Source of the DNA: Nitrososphaerota archaeon
GTDB taxonomy: Archaea > Thermoproteota > Nitrososphaeria > Nitrososphaerales > Gagatemarchaeaceae
Assembly: GCA_027886975.1 (NCBI GenBank)
Contig: JAPCJK010000001.1
Span: 12,892 to 76,891 of the forward strand
Length of the DNA stretch: 64,000 nucleotides
Reading direction: 5' to 3'
The position numbers were made by a program, and so were the translations under genes. The notes beneath the pieces were generated by a model that worked only from the letters and a program-made list of their open reading frames with translations, did not search any database and was not told where the DNA came from. Numbering within the stretch: the stretch's first letter is position 1; every line of letters begins with the position of its first letter. Positions 25,376 through 33,709 of the stretch are shown here, piece after piece.

Positions 25376-26092
25376 TTAATCGGCGTCCAATTTTTCTGCT
25401 AGTCTCTGGGCCAGGACGGCGTTTTCCCCGGTTTCATCGTGGCGGAGATAGACGTAGGTTTCCTCTGAACCCTTGGCAGTCTCGGTTATTTTCGGGACCC
25501 AGGCATCGACTGTCTTCGCATCGTAGAAATCTTTCCTTAGCCTGAAGTAAGCGGTCTTTCCGGTGACCTGGAGGACTGGTTTCATCTCTTCGGTCTCGGC
25601 GATGCAGAACCCCGCCCCATTCGCCTCGAGCAGCTGGTATGTGGAATCCTTGAGCCACGACTCGTGCCTGAATTCGAAAACCCTGTTCTCGATTCCTCCT
25701 GTTGCGCTTAGGAATTCGCCAAGGAGCTTGAGATCAAGCTTCGAGAATGGAGGCAACTGGAACAAGACCGGACCCCGCCTGGGTCCCAGGGAATCTAGCA
25801 CCTTCGACAGTTTCTCGGCTGCTTCCGATGAGCCCTTTCCCAGCTTCAGGATATGAGTTATCAGGCGGGGCGCTTTGAAAGAGAACCTGAACTTCTCGTT
25901 CGTCTTCCCAGACCAACTCTTCACCATGGCCGCGCTGGGTTGAGCGTAGAAGGAGCTGTTGATCTCCACGCTTCCCAGGTGTTGCGAATAGTAGGCTAGA
26001 AACTCGTCGCTCTTTGTGCCCTCGGGGTAGAACTTCCCCTTCCAGCGGGGATAGCTGAAGCCGGAGACCCCCACAAATGTGTTCTTGGTCAA
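25376..26092 (-). CDS. DUF72 (YecE/UPF0759) family protein
   Basis: 238 aa. 'VGVSGFSYPRWKGKFYP', 'LAYYSQHLGSVEINSSFY' and 'FRFSFKAPRLITH' are typical DUF72 motifs. TTG start. Confidence 0.85.
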   Translation of the reverse strand: MTKNTFVGVSGFSYPRWKGKFYPEGTKSDEFLAYYSQHLGSVEINSSFYAQPSAAMVKSWSGKTNEKFRFSFKAPRLITHILKLGKGSSEAAEKLSKVLDSLGPRRGPVLFQLPPFSKLDLKLLGEFLSATGGIENRVFEFRHESWLKDSTYQLLEANGAGFCIAETEEMKPVLQVTGKTAYFRLRKDFYDAKTVDAWVPKITETAKGSEETYVYLRHDETGENAVLAQRLAEKLDAD

Positions 26093-26116
26093 GTCCTCCC
26101 CTCGCTATGAATGCTG

Positions 26117-26584
26117 CTACCGGTGCTCAGGATTGCCCTTCATCCACATTTTCTCCTCCCTCGTCGGGGTGAGTGGATACTCCACCATCCATAGAAACAT
26201 CCTGGCTGTAGACGGCCCAACGTGCTTGAATTTCTCTTGGAGTTCTTTCTGAAGCCTGACTTCGCCGCCTCCGAAGGAGTCAATGTACCCCTTGATTGAC
26301 CCGAACTCCTTTTCGATGGCGAGGATGGCCTTGGCATTCTCGACTGTCGCCCGGATCTTCTTCTCATTCCTCACGATCCCTTGATTTTTCATGAGCGTTG
26401 CAACATCCCTCTCTGTTAGCCTAGCGACCTTGGCTGGGGAGAATCCGAAGAACGCCTTCTGGAACGCAGGCCATTTGTTTTCGACCATCTTCCAGTTGAG
26501 ACCCGCCGTGAAAATAGCCTTGGACATCCGACCGAAGTAGTCTGCGTCATCCTTGGGCGGAGTGACCTTCCAGGCTGGGGCCAT
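26117..26584 (-). CDS. tag: DNA-3-methyladenine glycosylase I (Tag-like, Adenine_glyco family)
   Basis: 155 aa. 'IFTAGLNWKMVENKWPAFQKAFFGFSPAKVA', 'GIVRNEKKIRATVENA' and 'HVGPSTARMFL' parallel Tag 'QAGLSW..VLKKR..YR..F..FD', 'GIIRHRGKI.A...NA' and 'FVGTT.CYSFM'. It lacks the N-terminal Cys-rich part of E. coli Tag. Confidence 0.72.
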   Translation of the reverse strand: MAPAWKVTPPKDDADYFGRMSKAIFTAGLNWKMVENKWPAFQKAFFGFSPAKVARLTERDVATLMKNQGIVRNEKKIRATVENAKAILAIEKEFGSIKGYIDSFGGGEVRLQKELQEKFKHVGPSTARMFLWMVEYPLTPTREEKMWMKGNPEHR

Positions 26585-26733
26585 AGCAGATTAGACCTTT
26601 GTTCTTCTATTTATTCCATCTTTGACTGGTCGTTGCGATAGCTCCTACGACTTGAATGGTTCTTCTGTCTGGCCCTGCGAAGTATACTTTCATTCCCAGA
26701 CTGAATAAATACCCGGCACCCAAACCCCGGCTT

Positions 26734-27120
26734 ATGGATTCAATAGTCCATTTCGAAATACCTGCAAAAGACGTGAAGAGAGCCTCGACCTTCTACACGA
26801 AGGCGTTCGGCTGGCAGATCACCCAATTCCCGAACTTCGAGTATTGGAGCCTGGTCACCACAGCCTCGGACCAGAATGGCACCCCCCAAACCCCCGGCGC
26901 CATAAACGGCGGAATGGGGAAGAAAGGCACAATGGCACCCAATGCGGTAACCGTGACCATCAGCGTGCCTGACATCGACGCCGCTCTGGCGAATGTGAAG
27001 AAGCTCGGAGGCAAGGTAACTGGGAAGAAGACGCCTGTCGGAGACATGGGCTTCAGTGCCTATTTCGAGGACACCGAAGGCAACAACATCGGCCTCTTCC
27101 AGTCAACAGGACGGATGTAA
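26734..27120 (+). CDS. VOC (glyoxalase/bleomycin-resistance/dioxygenase) family protein
   Basis: Start taken at 'MDSIVHFEIPAKDVKRASTFYTKAFGW'. The C-terminus is 'FEDTEGNNIGLFQ'. A GAATAAATACC box lies about 28 nt upstream. Confidence 0.75.
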   Translation: MDSIVHFEIPAKDVKRASTFYTKAFGWQITQFPNFEYWSLVTTASDQNGTPQTPGAINGGMGKKGTMAPNAVTVTISVPDIDAALANVKKLGGKVTGKKTPVGDMGFSAYFEDTEGNNIGLFQSTGRM

Positions 27121-27248
27121 TCGAGTCTCGGGCGCTAAACCCGGGCCTCTTCCTTTGTTATTTGTCGGTAGGGATTCTCAGTGGAACTTACTGCAGGGCC
27201 CTGGTGCCCTCTGAGGAAGCCCCAGCCGGGCGAGCATAGCTAAAACGG

Positions 27249-28481
27249 TTAGCCCCCGAAGTGCCTACTTCTGAACTGCAGAAAGAATGCGGCGAAGGCC
27301 CCTGCGCAGAGTATGCTGCAGAGCATGAAAAGAGCGGCGAAATCGAATTGCATCGAGACATATCCGCCCAGAAATCCGCCGCCGGCACTCCCCAGGCCCA
27401 CGAGTGCCCCGTAGAACCCGGCTTGTCCCACCTGTGCGGTCTCGAGAAAAGCGAACATGCTCGAAACGTCAAAGAGCGACCAGACTCCCTCGAGCACTGC
27501 GAGCACTACCGCAGCCACTGCGAGGCCAGGAGCAGCTCCCAAAGCCGCCAAAAGCAGGAGGGGTATCACTATCGTCCTCACTGAGGACGAGAGGGCCAGA
27601 CTCCTCCCAGTACCCCCGGCTCGACGTCCGACGATCAGGTAGGAGATGGATCCGGCCAGCGAGCCCCCGAAGAATACCAAGAACACTGCCTGCGGGGAGT
27701 AGAAACGGAGGAAGTACGCTGGCAGCGGGGAATAGAACGCCGCTCCGGCGAGGGAGAAGGTGAGGATTCCGAGCATCAGATATTTCGTCGAATGGTTCAG
27801 GGAACCCAGGACCTTACCATAATCCATCCTGGGGGGAGAGATTCTCAGGGTCCCCACGATGTCCGACACTGCCACAAGGGTCGCTGTCGAGCGCTCGAGC
27901 GCTACTAGTCTCCTCTGAATCATTAGACCTGGTTCCTGAGCGAGCACACCCAAGGCGATGGCTGATGCACCGCAGAGCGCTCCGCAAACTAAGAAGAGTT
28001 GAGCGAATCCAACGCTGGCAACCAAGACCGCGCCTATCCCCATTCCCACAGTTTCGCCGAGCGTTGTGACGAACTGCATGTCAGCCAAACCCTTCTTCCA
28101 ACCTTCACGTTGTTCCGACTCTACCGTGAGGAGCTGCCGTGAAGGGAGGGTCGCCGCATAAAGAACCGACTTCAGAGAAACGATCGCGATGAGTCCCGAC
28201 ACGCTCCCCACGAACGGGACCAGAACAAATGAGACGCCCATCCCCACAAAGCCCAGGAGGAGAAATGGCTTGCACCTCCCGACGGAGTCCGTCATCCTCC
28301 CCCAAAGCGCCTGCGAAGGTATGAGGGCAAGGGCCGACAGTCCCGCAACCAAACCGATGTCAAAGAGCCCACCGTGCAGGTACGAAATCAGAAAGAACAG
28401 AACGAGTATGCTTGCGAGGCCGTTGGCAATTGCTTGTGGAATTAGGCCAAGTTTCCAGAATTTGCCTGCGGAGGACGGCAT
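27249..28481 (-). CDS. MFS transporter (12-TMS type)
   Basis: 410 aa, about 12 hydrophobic segments, 'WGRMTDSVGRCKPFLL' motif-A-like loop. Confidence 0.75.
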   Translation of the reverse strand: MPSSAGKFWKLGLIPQAIANGLASILVLFFLISYLHGGLFDIGLVAGLSALALIPSQALWGRMTDSVGRCKPFLLLGFVGMGVSFVLVPFVGSVSGLIAIVSLKSVLYAATLPSRQLLTVESEQREGWKKGLADMQFVTTLGETVGMGIGAVLVASVGFAQLFLVCGALCGASAIALGVLAQEPGLMIQRRLVALERSTATLVAVSDIVGTLRISPPRMDYGKVLGSLNHSTKYLMLGILTFSLAGAAFYSPLPAYFLRFYSPQAVFLVFFGGSLAGSISYLIVGRRAGGTGRSLALSSSVRTIVIPLLLLAALGAAPGLAVAAVVLAVLEGVWSLFDVSSMFAFLETAQVGQAGFYGALVGLGSAGGGFLGGYVSMQFDFAALFMLCSILCAGAFAAFFLQFRSRHFGG

Positions 28482-28719
28482 CCCCTCCGATGGAATAATG
28501 GTCCTGAAGAGAAATTGAATCTAAAACAATTGCCCGGAGGGTGAAAATGCCAGAACTGCGTCTGATCCAGTCATAGAAAACTCGGACGCCGTTGCATTGA
28601 GTTCGTTTAAGGCCGAGAAACGCGACTTGCAGAGTCTAATCTAGTCAAAATCGTCCTAGTTGGAAGTGTAATGAGATTGATTTGGGGGCCTTTATCACGC
28701 TTATCATGGTGATATTGCG

Positions 28720-28863
28720 ATGACTAAGGCATACTGCGTGAAGGAAAAGAAGAACAGGGAGATGCACTCGCCCCGCACAGTCACCTTCAAGAACGGCCGC
28801 AAGGCCCTCACAGGAACATGTGAATCCTGTGGTACCAAGCTCTTCCGAATAACGGGCAAGTAA
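28720..28863 (+). CDS. DUF5679-like small zinc-ribbon protein
   Basis: 47 aa, 'MTKAYCVKEKKNREMHSPRTVTFKNGRKALTGTCESCGTKLFRITGK'. It matches the recalled DUF5679 pattern 'AYCVKC...M......T.KNGR.A..G.C..CGTK.FRI'. It is not in the ORF track. The overlapping minus ORF 28645..29184 is judged spurious. Confidence 0.6.
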   Translation: MTKAYCVKEKKNREMHSPRTVTFKNGRKALTGTCESCGTKLFRITGK

Positions 28864-28971
28864 CAACATCTCCCTGTAGTTTTTCTTAGGGTGCCTACGG
28901 CTCAGACTACTGGAGTATTCCCAGTTTTCAGATATGCTTAGAAGGACGAGAAGAGCCAAATTAATTTCCTC

Positions 28972-29547
28972 TTGGGCGAAGTCATACGACTTATCTCCGT
29001 GAACGTCGGCAAGCCCCGCGAGATAGGTAAGGTTCGAGAGAAGCCTGTCGAATCTGCGATACACAAGACGTCGGTCAAGGGCCCTGTGAGAGTGAGGAAG
29101 CTCAATTTGGATGGAGACGGGCAGGCCGACTTGACAGTGCATGGAGGAGAGGACAAGGCAGTTTACGCCTACCCCTCGGAACACTACGCATACTGGAAGG
29201 GAAAATTCCCCGGGAGAGTTATGCCGTGGGGGATGTTTGGTGAGAATCTAACAACGCAAGGATTGATGGAGGGAGATGTTCACACCGGTGACCGTCTTGT
29301 GATTGGGTCCGCGGAATTCTTCGTAACCCAGCCGCGTCTCCCCTGCTTCAAGCTGGGGATCAAGTTCGGGACCAATGTCATGCTCAAGTGGTTCATGGAA
29401 TCTGAACGGACAGGATTCTATCTCGGAGTCTCGAGGGAGGGACAGATTGAAGCTGGAGATGCGATAAGCCTGGTCAGGACCAACCAAACATCAGTAACCA
29501 TTGCGTCAATCGTCCGAATGGCCAAGAAGAAGAGCAGTAGAGAATAG
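28972..29547 (+). CDS. MOSC domain protein (YiiM-like)
   Basis: 191 aa. 'GDGQADLTVHGGEDKAVYAY', 'GENLTTQG' and 'VTQPRLPCFKLG' are MOSC signatures. TTG start. Confidence 0.8.
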   Translation: MGEVIRLISVNVGKPREIGKVREKPVESAIHKTSVKGPVRVRKLNLDGDGQADLTVHGGEDKAVYAYPSEHYAYWKGKFPGRVMPWGMFGENLTTQGLMEGDVHTGDRLVIGSAEFFVTQPRLPCFKLGIKFGTNVMLKWFMESERTGFYLGVSREGQIEAGDAISLVRTNQTSVTIASIVRMAKKKSSRE

Positions 29548-29588
29548 TCGTTTTCGCCTTAAATAGACAACATCCAAATTGATGCTCA

Positions 29589-29882
29589 TTGGACGAAGTG
29601 CGTCAGGCACACCTGCCAGGAAACTTCGAACTCTACGACCCTGATTCCACCGAGCCAGGGCCGGCCCTTTGCAAGTTGTGTTGGGAGGAAGAGGGCCAGA
29701 GGAACTCCTTGTCCTTGGACACTGTGTGGATCATGGTAGAAGGAAGAGAGGCGATGATGTGGCTCTGCCGCGGCCATCGTGAAAACATGAAGTCCAAAAG
29801 CGAATCAAGAGAGTCCCTTCGGAGCGTCAGCGGAGTAACCAGATATCCCGCCTTGCGCGCGCCTTTCGGGGGACGCCAATAA
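29589..29882 (+). CDS. Small Cys-containing hypothetical protein (CxxC...CxxH)
   Basis: 97 aa, TTG start about 27 nt downstream of 'ttaaata' (29559-29565). The stop abuts the next gene's start. It contains 'CKLCW' and 'WLCRGH'. Confidence 0.45.
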   Translation: MDEVRQAHLPGNFELYDPDSTEPGPALCKLCWEEEGQRNSLSLDTVWIMVEGREAMMWLCRGHRENMKSKSESRESLRSVSGVTRYPALRAPFGGRQ

Positions 29883-30488
29883 GTGATGGAAGAGGCTCTT
29901 CCTCCCGGTCAGGTTTGGGGGAAGAAGTTTGTGATCTACGCAGCGTTGGGCATTCCCAGGGTCGATGCACAGAAGTGGAGGCTGAAGGTCGATGGACTCG
30001 TCACATCTCCTATCGAATACACCTACTCCCAACTCACTTCGATCCCTCAGACCCGGTATGTCAAGTCGTTTTATTGCGTAACTAAATGGTCAATCAAGGA
30101 CGTGGAGTGGGAAGGCGTCCCCATCAAAGACTTGGTCAGCGCAGCCGGGCCTAAACCCGATGCAAAATGGGTCATGTTCCACTGCGAAGAGGGGTACACC
30201 GCACCCGTGCCGATTGAAGACGCGGTGGATGCGGATGCATTGCTTGCTTTCAAGCTCAACGGCAAGCCTCTAAGCGCGGAACAGGGGTTCCCAGCCAGAC
30301 CCTTCTTCCCCAACCTCTACGGATGGAAGAGCGCCAAATGGGTGAACAGAATCGAGTTCGTCGGCGGATATCAGGACGGTTACTGGGAGATTTACGGCTA
30401 CCACGAGAGAGCGAACATCTGGGCGGAGGAACGGTTCAAGGGGGACCACGGCAAGCCCGTCAAGAGGACGGCGTACGGGACTGCCTAG
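29883..30488 (+). CDS. Sulfite-oxidase-family molybdopterin-binding oxidoreductase (YedY/MsrP-like catalytic domain)
   Basis: 201 aa. 'W.L.V.GLV..P...TY.QL', 'FYCVTKWS..DVEWEGV', 'NG.PLS.EQGFPAR...P.LYGWKSAKWV..IEF'. Confidence 0.8.
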   Translation: MMEEALPPGQVWGKKFVIYAALGIPRVDAQKWRLKVDGLVTSPIEYTYSQLTSIPQTRYVKSFYCVTKWSIKDVEWEGVPIKDLVSAAGPKPDAKWVMFHCEEGYTAPVPIEDAVDADALLAFKLNGKPLSAEQGFPARPFFPNLYGWKSAKWVNRIEFVGGYQDGYWEIYGYHERANIWAEERFKGDHGKPVKRTAYGTA

Positions 30489-30508
30489 TTTCAGCTAGAG
30501 TTCTTCCT

Positions 30509-31063
30509 TCAAGATGCGACTTGCGGCTCGCTTGGGAGCACAGGTTCTGATCGGGCAATCTGCACCTCTTCGAGTGTCTTCAATCTCTTCTCCAAATCTT
30601 CCATCGACCGGGTAAGATGCTCCACGGTCGAAAGGAGACCTTCGATTCGCGAATCTTTTGCTGGCTGGACCTTGAAGCTCGGTGGGAGGCGCCCTTCCTT
30701 GATCATCTGCAAGATAAGCCGATAGAGCCTATCCTCGACCGACGACTGGTCGCTTTCTACTGTCTGCACCCCTGCCGAGTATGATTCCAAGAGGCTGTCG
30801 AGGTCGGAGAACCTCTTGTCTTTGTAGGTAACCCTGTGCTGATACCCGGTCCCGACGGCGCTGGATGACGCCCATATCTCGGATTTCTTGATCTTCTCAA
30901 ACTGGGGAGCGTCCATCAGATATTCCGCGTTCAGGCCGGTCATTGGATTCTTCTCTGCGAAGTTCGGCTTGATTGAACCGTTGTAATAGGCTAAGGCGAA
31001 GTCTTCCACCAGTCGTCGGCGCATTGTCATGCCGAAGCTCGAATTGTCGTTTCCCTCGCTCAA
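30509..31063 (-). CDS. Hypothetical protein
   Basis: 184-aa ORF with a coiled-coil-like C-terminus. No family recognised. Confidence 0.45.
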   Translation of the reverse strand: MSEGNDNSSFGMTMRRRLVEDFALAYYNGSIKPNFAEKNPMTGLNAEYLMDAPQFEKIKKSEIWASSSAVGTGYQHRVTYKDKRFSDLDSLLESYSAGVQTVESDQSSVEDRLYRLILQMIKEGRLPPSFKVQPAKDSRIEGLLSTVEHLTRSMEDLEKRLKTLEEVQIARSEPVLPSEPQVAS

Positions 31064-31185
31064 TTTTCCTGACGATAACTCATGGGAGCGGATGCTTATT
31101 GAGAAACTAAGCCTAGGAATCTTAATCAGAATGTCAGCATTGGACGATAGGAGGCCTGATCGTGAGGCCTTGTCTTCCGGGATTG

Positions 31186-31563
31186 TTATTCTCTCTGATC
31201 CATTGCGGCCAGATTCCGCTGCACGGCCTCGTTGGTCTTCTTGAGTTCGTCAATAGGGCTGAATTCAATCCATTCCGTTCCAGCGTCAGTTACGGTAGAA
31301 TGCCCGGGGGCCATGTAGTAAGCGTCGCCCCCATTGAGGACCTCTTCATGGTCGACATACTTGACCAGTTTCCGTCCTTTCAGGACCATACCCCAATGAG
31401 GGCACTGGCACTTGTCATTTGGTAGCCCTTTGAGTAAAGGAGCGATATCCAGAGTCTGGTGGCATATTGTCAGGCCCACATGCATTTCTCCCCAGTCGGC
31501 TTCTCGAATTGTCAGTTCCTCGACGTCGACGGTCTTGGGCAGGTCAAAGCCGGATCCGCGCAT
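31186..31563 (-). CDS. Cupin-fold protein
   Basis: 125 aa. 'CPHWGMVLKGR..V.Y......L..GDAYYM.PGH' has a cupin-like two-motif arrangement. Confidence 0.55.
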   Translation of the reverse strand: MRGSGFDLPKTVDVEELTIREADWGEMHVGLTICHQTLDIAPLLKGLPNDKCQCPHWGMVLKGRKLVKYVDHEEVLNGGDAYYMAPGHSTVTDAGTEWIEFSPIDELKKTNEAVQRNLAAMDQRE

Positions 31564-31617
31564 TCGTCGTCACCAGCGTATAGGGTCAGATATTAGTTTG
31601 CCCAGTCGTCTCCGGCC

Positions 31618-32505
31618 CTACGCCGATTGTTGAGCTCCGCATTTGGGGCAGACGGAAGCCCAGGAAGCCATTTGGGTACCACAGCGAGGGCAGAACTTTG
31701 TCTCCGGCTGGACCGCACTGGCCGCGGCCATCGGAGTTTGGCTCATCTGCGGAGGGTTAATCCTAGCGACGTTCGAGTAGTAATAGATGGTCAGGGCAAT
31801 CGGGGCCAGGGGAGTGTAGAATGCCGAGAGTATGCTGCTTACGATGCTGCTGGCAAAGCCGAAGGGCGCACTGATCAGACCTGCTATGAACCCCGCTATG
31901 ACCAAAATTATTCCAAAGACGATGAACAAAGCAAACGACTTCAGCCACCTGTGGTCGACGAGCTTGCGGCTTCGCCCCATGCTTTCTACGATTCCTTTGT
32001 TCTCGTTTAGGAGCACAGGAATCGCAAGGGAGAACATTATTCCTAATATTATCCCTGGGACGAGCAAGGCGATCACTCCCAGCCCGACAATCACCCCAAC
32101 GATGATACTCAAGCCCCAGAGCCACACCAATTTTGATATGGTGAAACGGACCGAAGCTCCGAGGTCTGCGTGTCCTTTCTCAATTTCTTGAGATGCCATC
32201 TTAATCGCGCTTGCGGTAGCCACGGTACCAACCACCAATGATATGATGATGCTCAGGGCGACGAGGTAAAACAGGGCTCTGAAGAACCCGGGCAACCAGT
32301 TCAGGGTATCTTGAGGCGTAGCGTTTGCGGGAAGAGTAGGGAGGACGACGGCACTCCTTAGCAAGGTGGTGAGGGTTCCGGTGATAGCCTCTACAATTAG
32401 GAAGACCACCAGATACTTCACGAAATCGTGCCGGTAAAGGTCGAAAGTCTTCGAAATCACCTCACCGATGGTCAGCTCACGTGTGATCGCCTGCGCCTCG
32501 GGCAT
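31618..32505 (-). CDS. Polytopic membrane protein with C-terminal zinc ribbon
   Basis: 295 aa, about 6 hydrophobic segments, ending 'FCPRCGTQMASWASVCPKCGAQ'. Confidence 0.6.
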   Translation of the reverse strand: MPEAQAITRELTIGEVISKTFDLYRHDFVKYLVVFLIVEAITGTLTTLLRSAVVLPTLPANATPQDTLNWLPGFFRALFYLVALSIIISLVVGTVATASAIKMASQEIEKGHADLGASVRFTISKLVWLWGLSIIVGVIVGLGVIALLVPGIILGIMFSLAIPVLLNENKGIVESMGRSRKLVDHRWLKSFALFIVFGIILVIAGFIAGLISAPFGFASSIVSSILSAFYTPLAPIALTIYYYSNVARINPPQMSQTPMAAASAVQPETKFCPRCGTQMASWASVCPKCGAQQSA

Positions 32506-32610
32506 CTGGATGCGTGGTTCTGCTCTGTGTTACATATTCGTTTGGCCCGAAGACAAATTCGACAGATTGGAGTTTGTTTGTCCAGCGGATGATAAATAGG
32601 AGACCATGTC

Positions 32611-32823
32611 ATGGGGCAAAACATGACAACCAGGAAAGAGGCCAAGGAAGCGGCACGGAAAGCCTTCAAAGAATCTAAGGATACGGCGCGAAAGGCCTAC
32701 AAGGACGGAGTGGCAGAGGCACGGAGAATACGGAAAGAAGCCATAGCTAAAGCGCGGAAAGTACGCCAGAATACGATGGCAGAGGCAAAGAAATTGCGCA
32801 AGAAGGTTTCAGCGCAAAGATAG
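32611..32823 (+). CDS. Small Lys/Ala/Arg-rich helical protein
   Basis: 70 aa of repetitive 'KEA..AR KA.K' heptad-like sequence. The start may be the ATG at 32623. Coding status is uncertain. Confidence 0.35.
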   Translation: MGQNMTTRKEAKEAARKAFKESKDTARKAYKDGVAEARRIRKEAIAKARKVRQNTMAEAKKLRKKVSAQR

Positions 32824-32839
32824 CCACGCGGCTTGGCGC

Positions 32840-33016
32840 TTAGACCGCCTTGATTCTCTTCGCAACCGTGGGCCCCACTTTCTTCAGGGCCCTGAAGCCA
32901 CAGTTTTTGCATCGAATCTCCGGAAACCTGGATAATTCTTCCAAGCTTTGTTTGGTTCCGCAGCGCTCACATTCGTAGATTATTGAACGGAAGACTCTCG
33001 CCTGGTCTTTCCCCAC
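32840..33016 (-). CDS. rpoP: DNA-directed RNA polymerase subunit P (Rpo12)
   Basis: 58 codons, absent from the track: 'MGKDQARVFRSIIYECERCGTKQSLEELSRFPEIRCKNCGFRALKKVGPTVAKRIKAV'. The CxxC...CxxC zinc ribbon and the 'R..K.....K...A' tail match archaeal RpoP. The GTG start (33016..33014) lies 1 nt after the upstream gene's TGA. Confidence 0.78.
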   Translation of the reverse strand: MGKDQARVFRSIIYECERCGTKQSLEELSRFPEIRCKNCGFRALKKVGPTVAKRIKAV

Positions 33017-33017
33017 T

Positions 33018-33566
33018 TCAAATGTCTGATTGCTGTGGTGGTCCTTCAGCGAACGACCCCGTCTTCACCTCTCCTGCGCGCCCATACGTCGCAACAATGA
33101 CTCCTTTTAGCGAAGTACTGGAGTCGATGAGTTTGAATCCAGCGGGAACGGTTCCTTCGGCGAACAGACGCTTGCCGCTGCCGTGGACCTGAAGTTCTGG
33201 GCCGCTTTGTTCCTTAATCTTCCTGATCTCCTGGACGACATCACCTGAAATGAGGACGGATTTGGCCCAATCAGCCTTCCTCAAAGTCGTCGAAACGACG
33301 AACTTGGTGGCACTGTTCAATTCCTTCGCGCCTGGTACCTCTGCTTTCGGCCAATAGTCCGCAAATATTTCGTAGGTTTTCCGCCCAAGGAGCAGGTCGA
33401 AAGGCCACTTCATCTGCTCCGTCATAACGTTGCCCATGAAGTCGTCCCAATACGGAGCGGACCACCCGCCATGTTTGAATCCGCCAGAAGAGTCTTCTTC
33501 AGGCCCTCCGGGCGCCTGCATCACGCCATCAAGTGTCACGAAAGTGAGGACGACGAGTTTCCTCAT
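33018..33566 (-). CDS. Dihydrofolate-reductase-like (RibD C-terminal domain) family protein
   Basis: 182 aa from 'MRKLVVLTFVTLDGVMQAPGGPEED..GGF.HGGWS.PY', with 'LLLGRKTYEIFADYWP'. The C-terminal third looks shortened ('QVHGSGKRLFAEG'). Confidence 0.72.
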   Translation of the reverse strand: MRKLVVLTFVTLDGVMQAPGGPEEDSSGGFKHGGWSAPYWDDFMGNVMTEQMKWPFDLLLGRKTYEIFADYWPKAEVPGAKELNSATKFVVSTTLRKADWAKSVLISGDVVQEIRKIKEQSGPELQVHGSGKRLFAEGTVPAGFKLIDSSTSLKGVIVATYGRAGEVKTGSFAEGPPQQSDI

Positions 33567-33709
33567 GTGCCTGCGTCTCCTTCGGCCAATCCCACGAATA
33601 AAAGTGATTGCGATGTCGTCAAGAGGCCCCGAGTCCCGGTATGAATGCGGAATACATAACGCAGAATAAGCGTCCGACCTCGTCACGAGAGCGAAGGGAT
33701 GCTGTCTAG

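Noticed and set aside
32978-33016. An apparent lack of a canonical start for rpoP, with ATA or ATC as the supposed initiator at 32983 or 32980.
   Set aside because: Re-reading the frame codon by codon shows an in-frame GTG at 33016..33014, just after the upstream gene's stop. A canonical start exists and the gene is simply under 60 codons.
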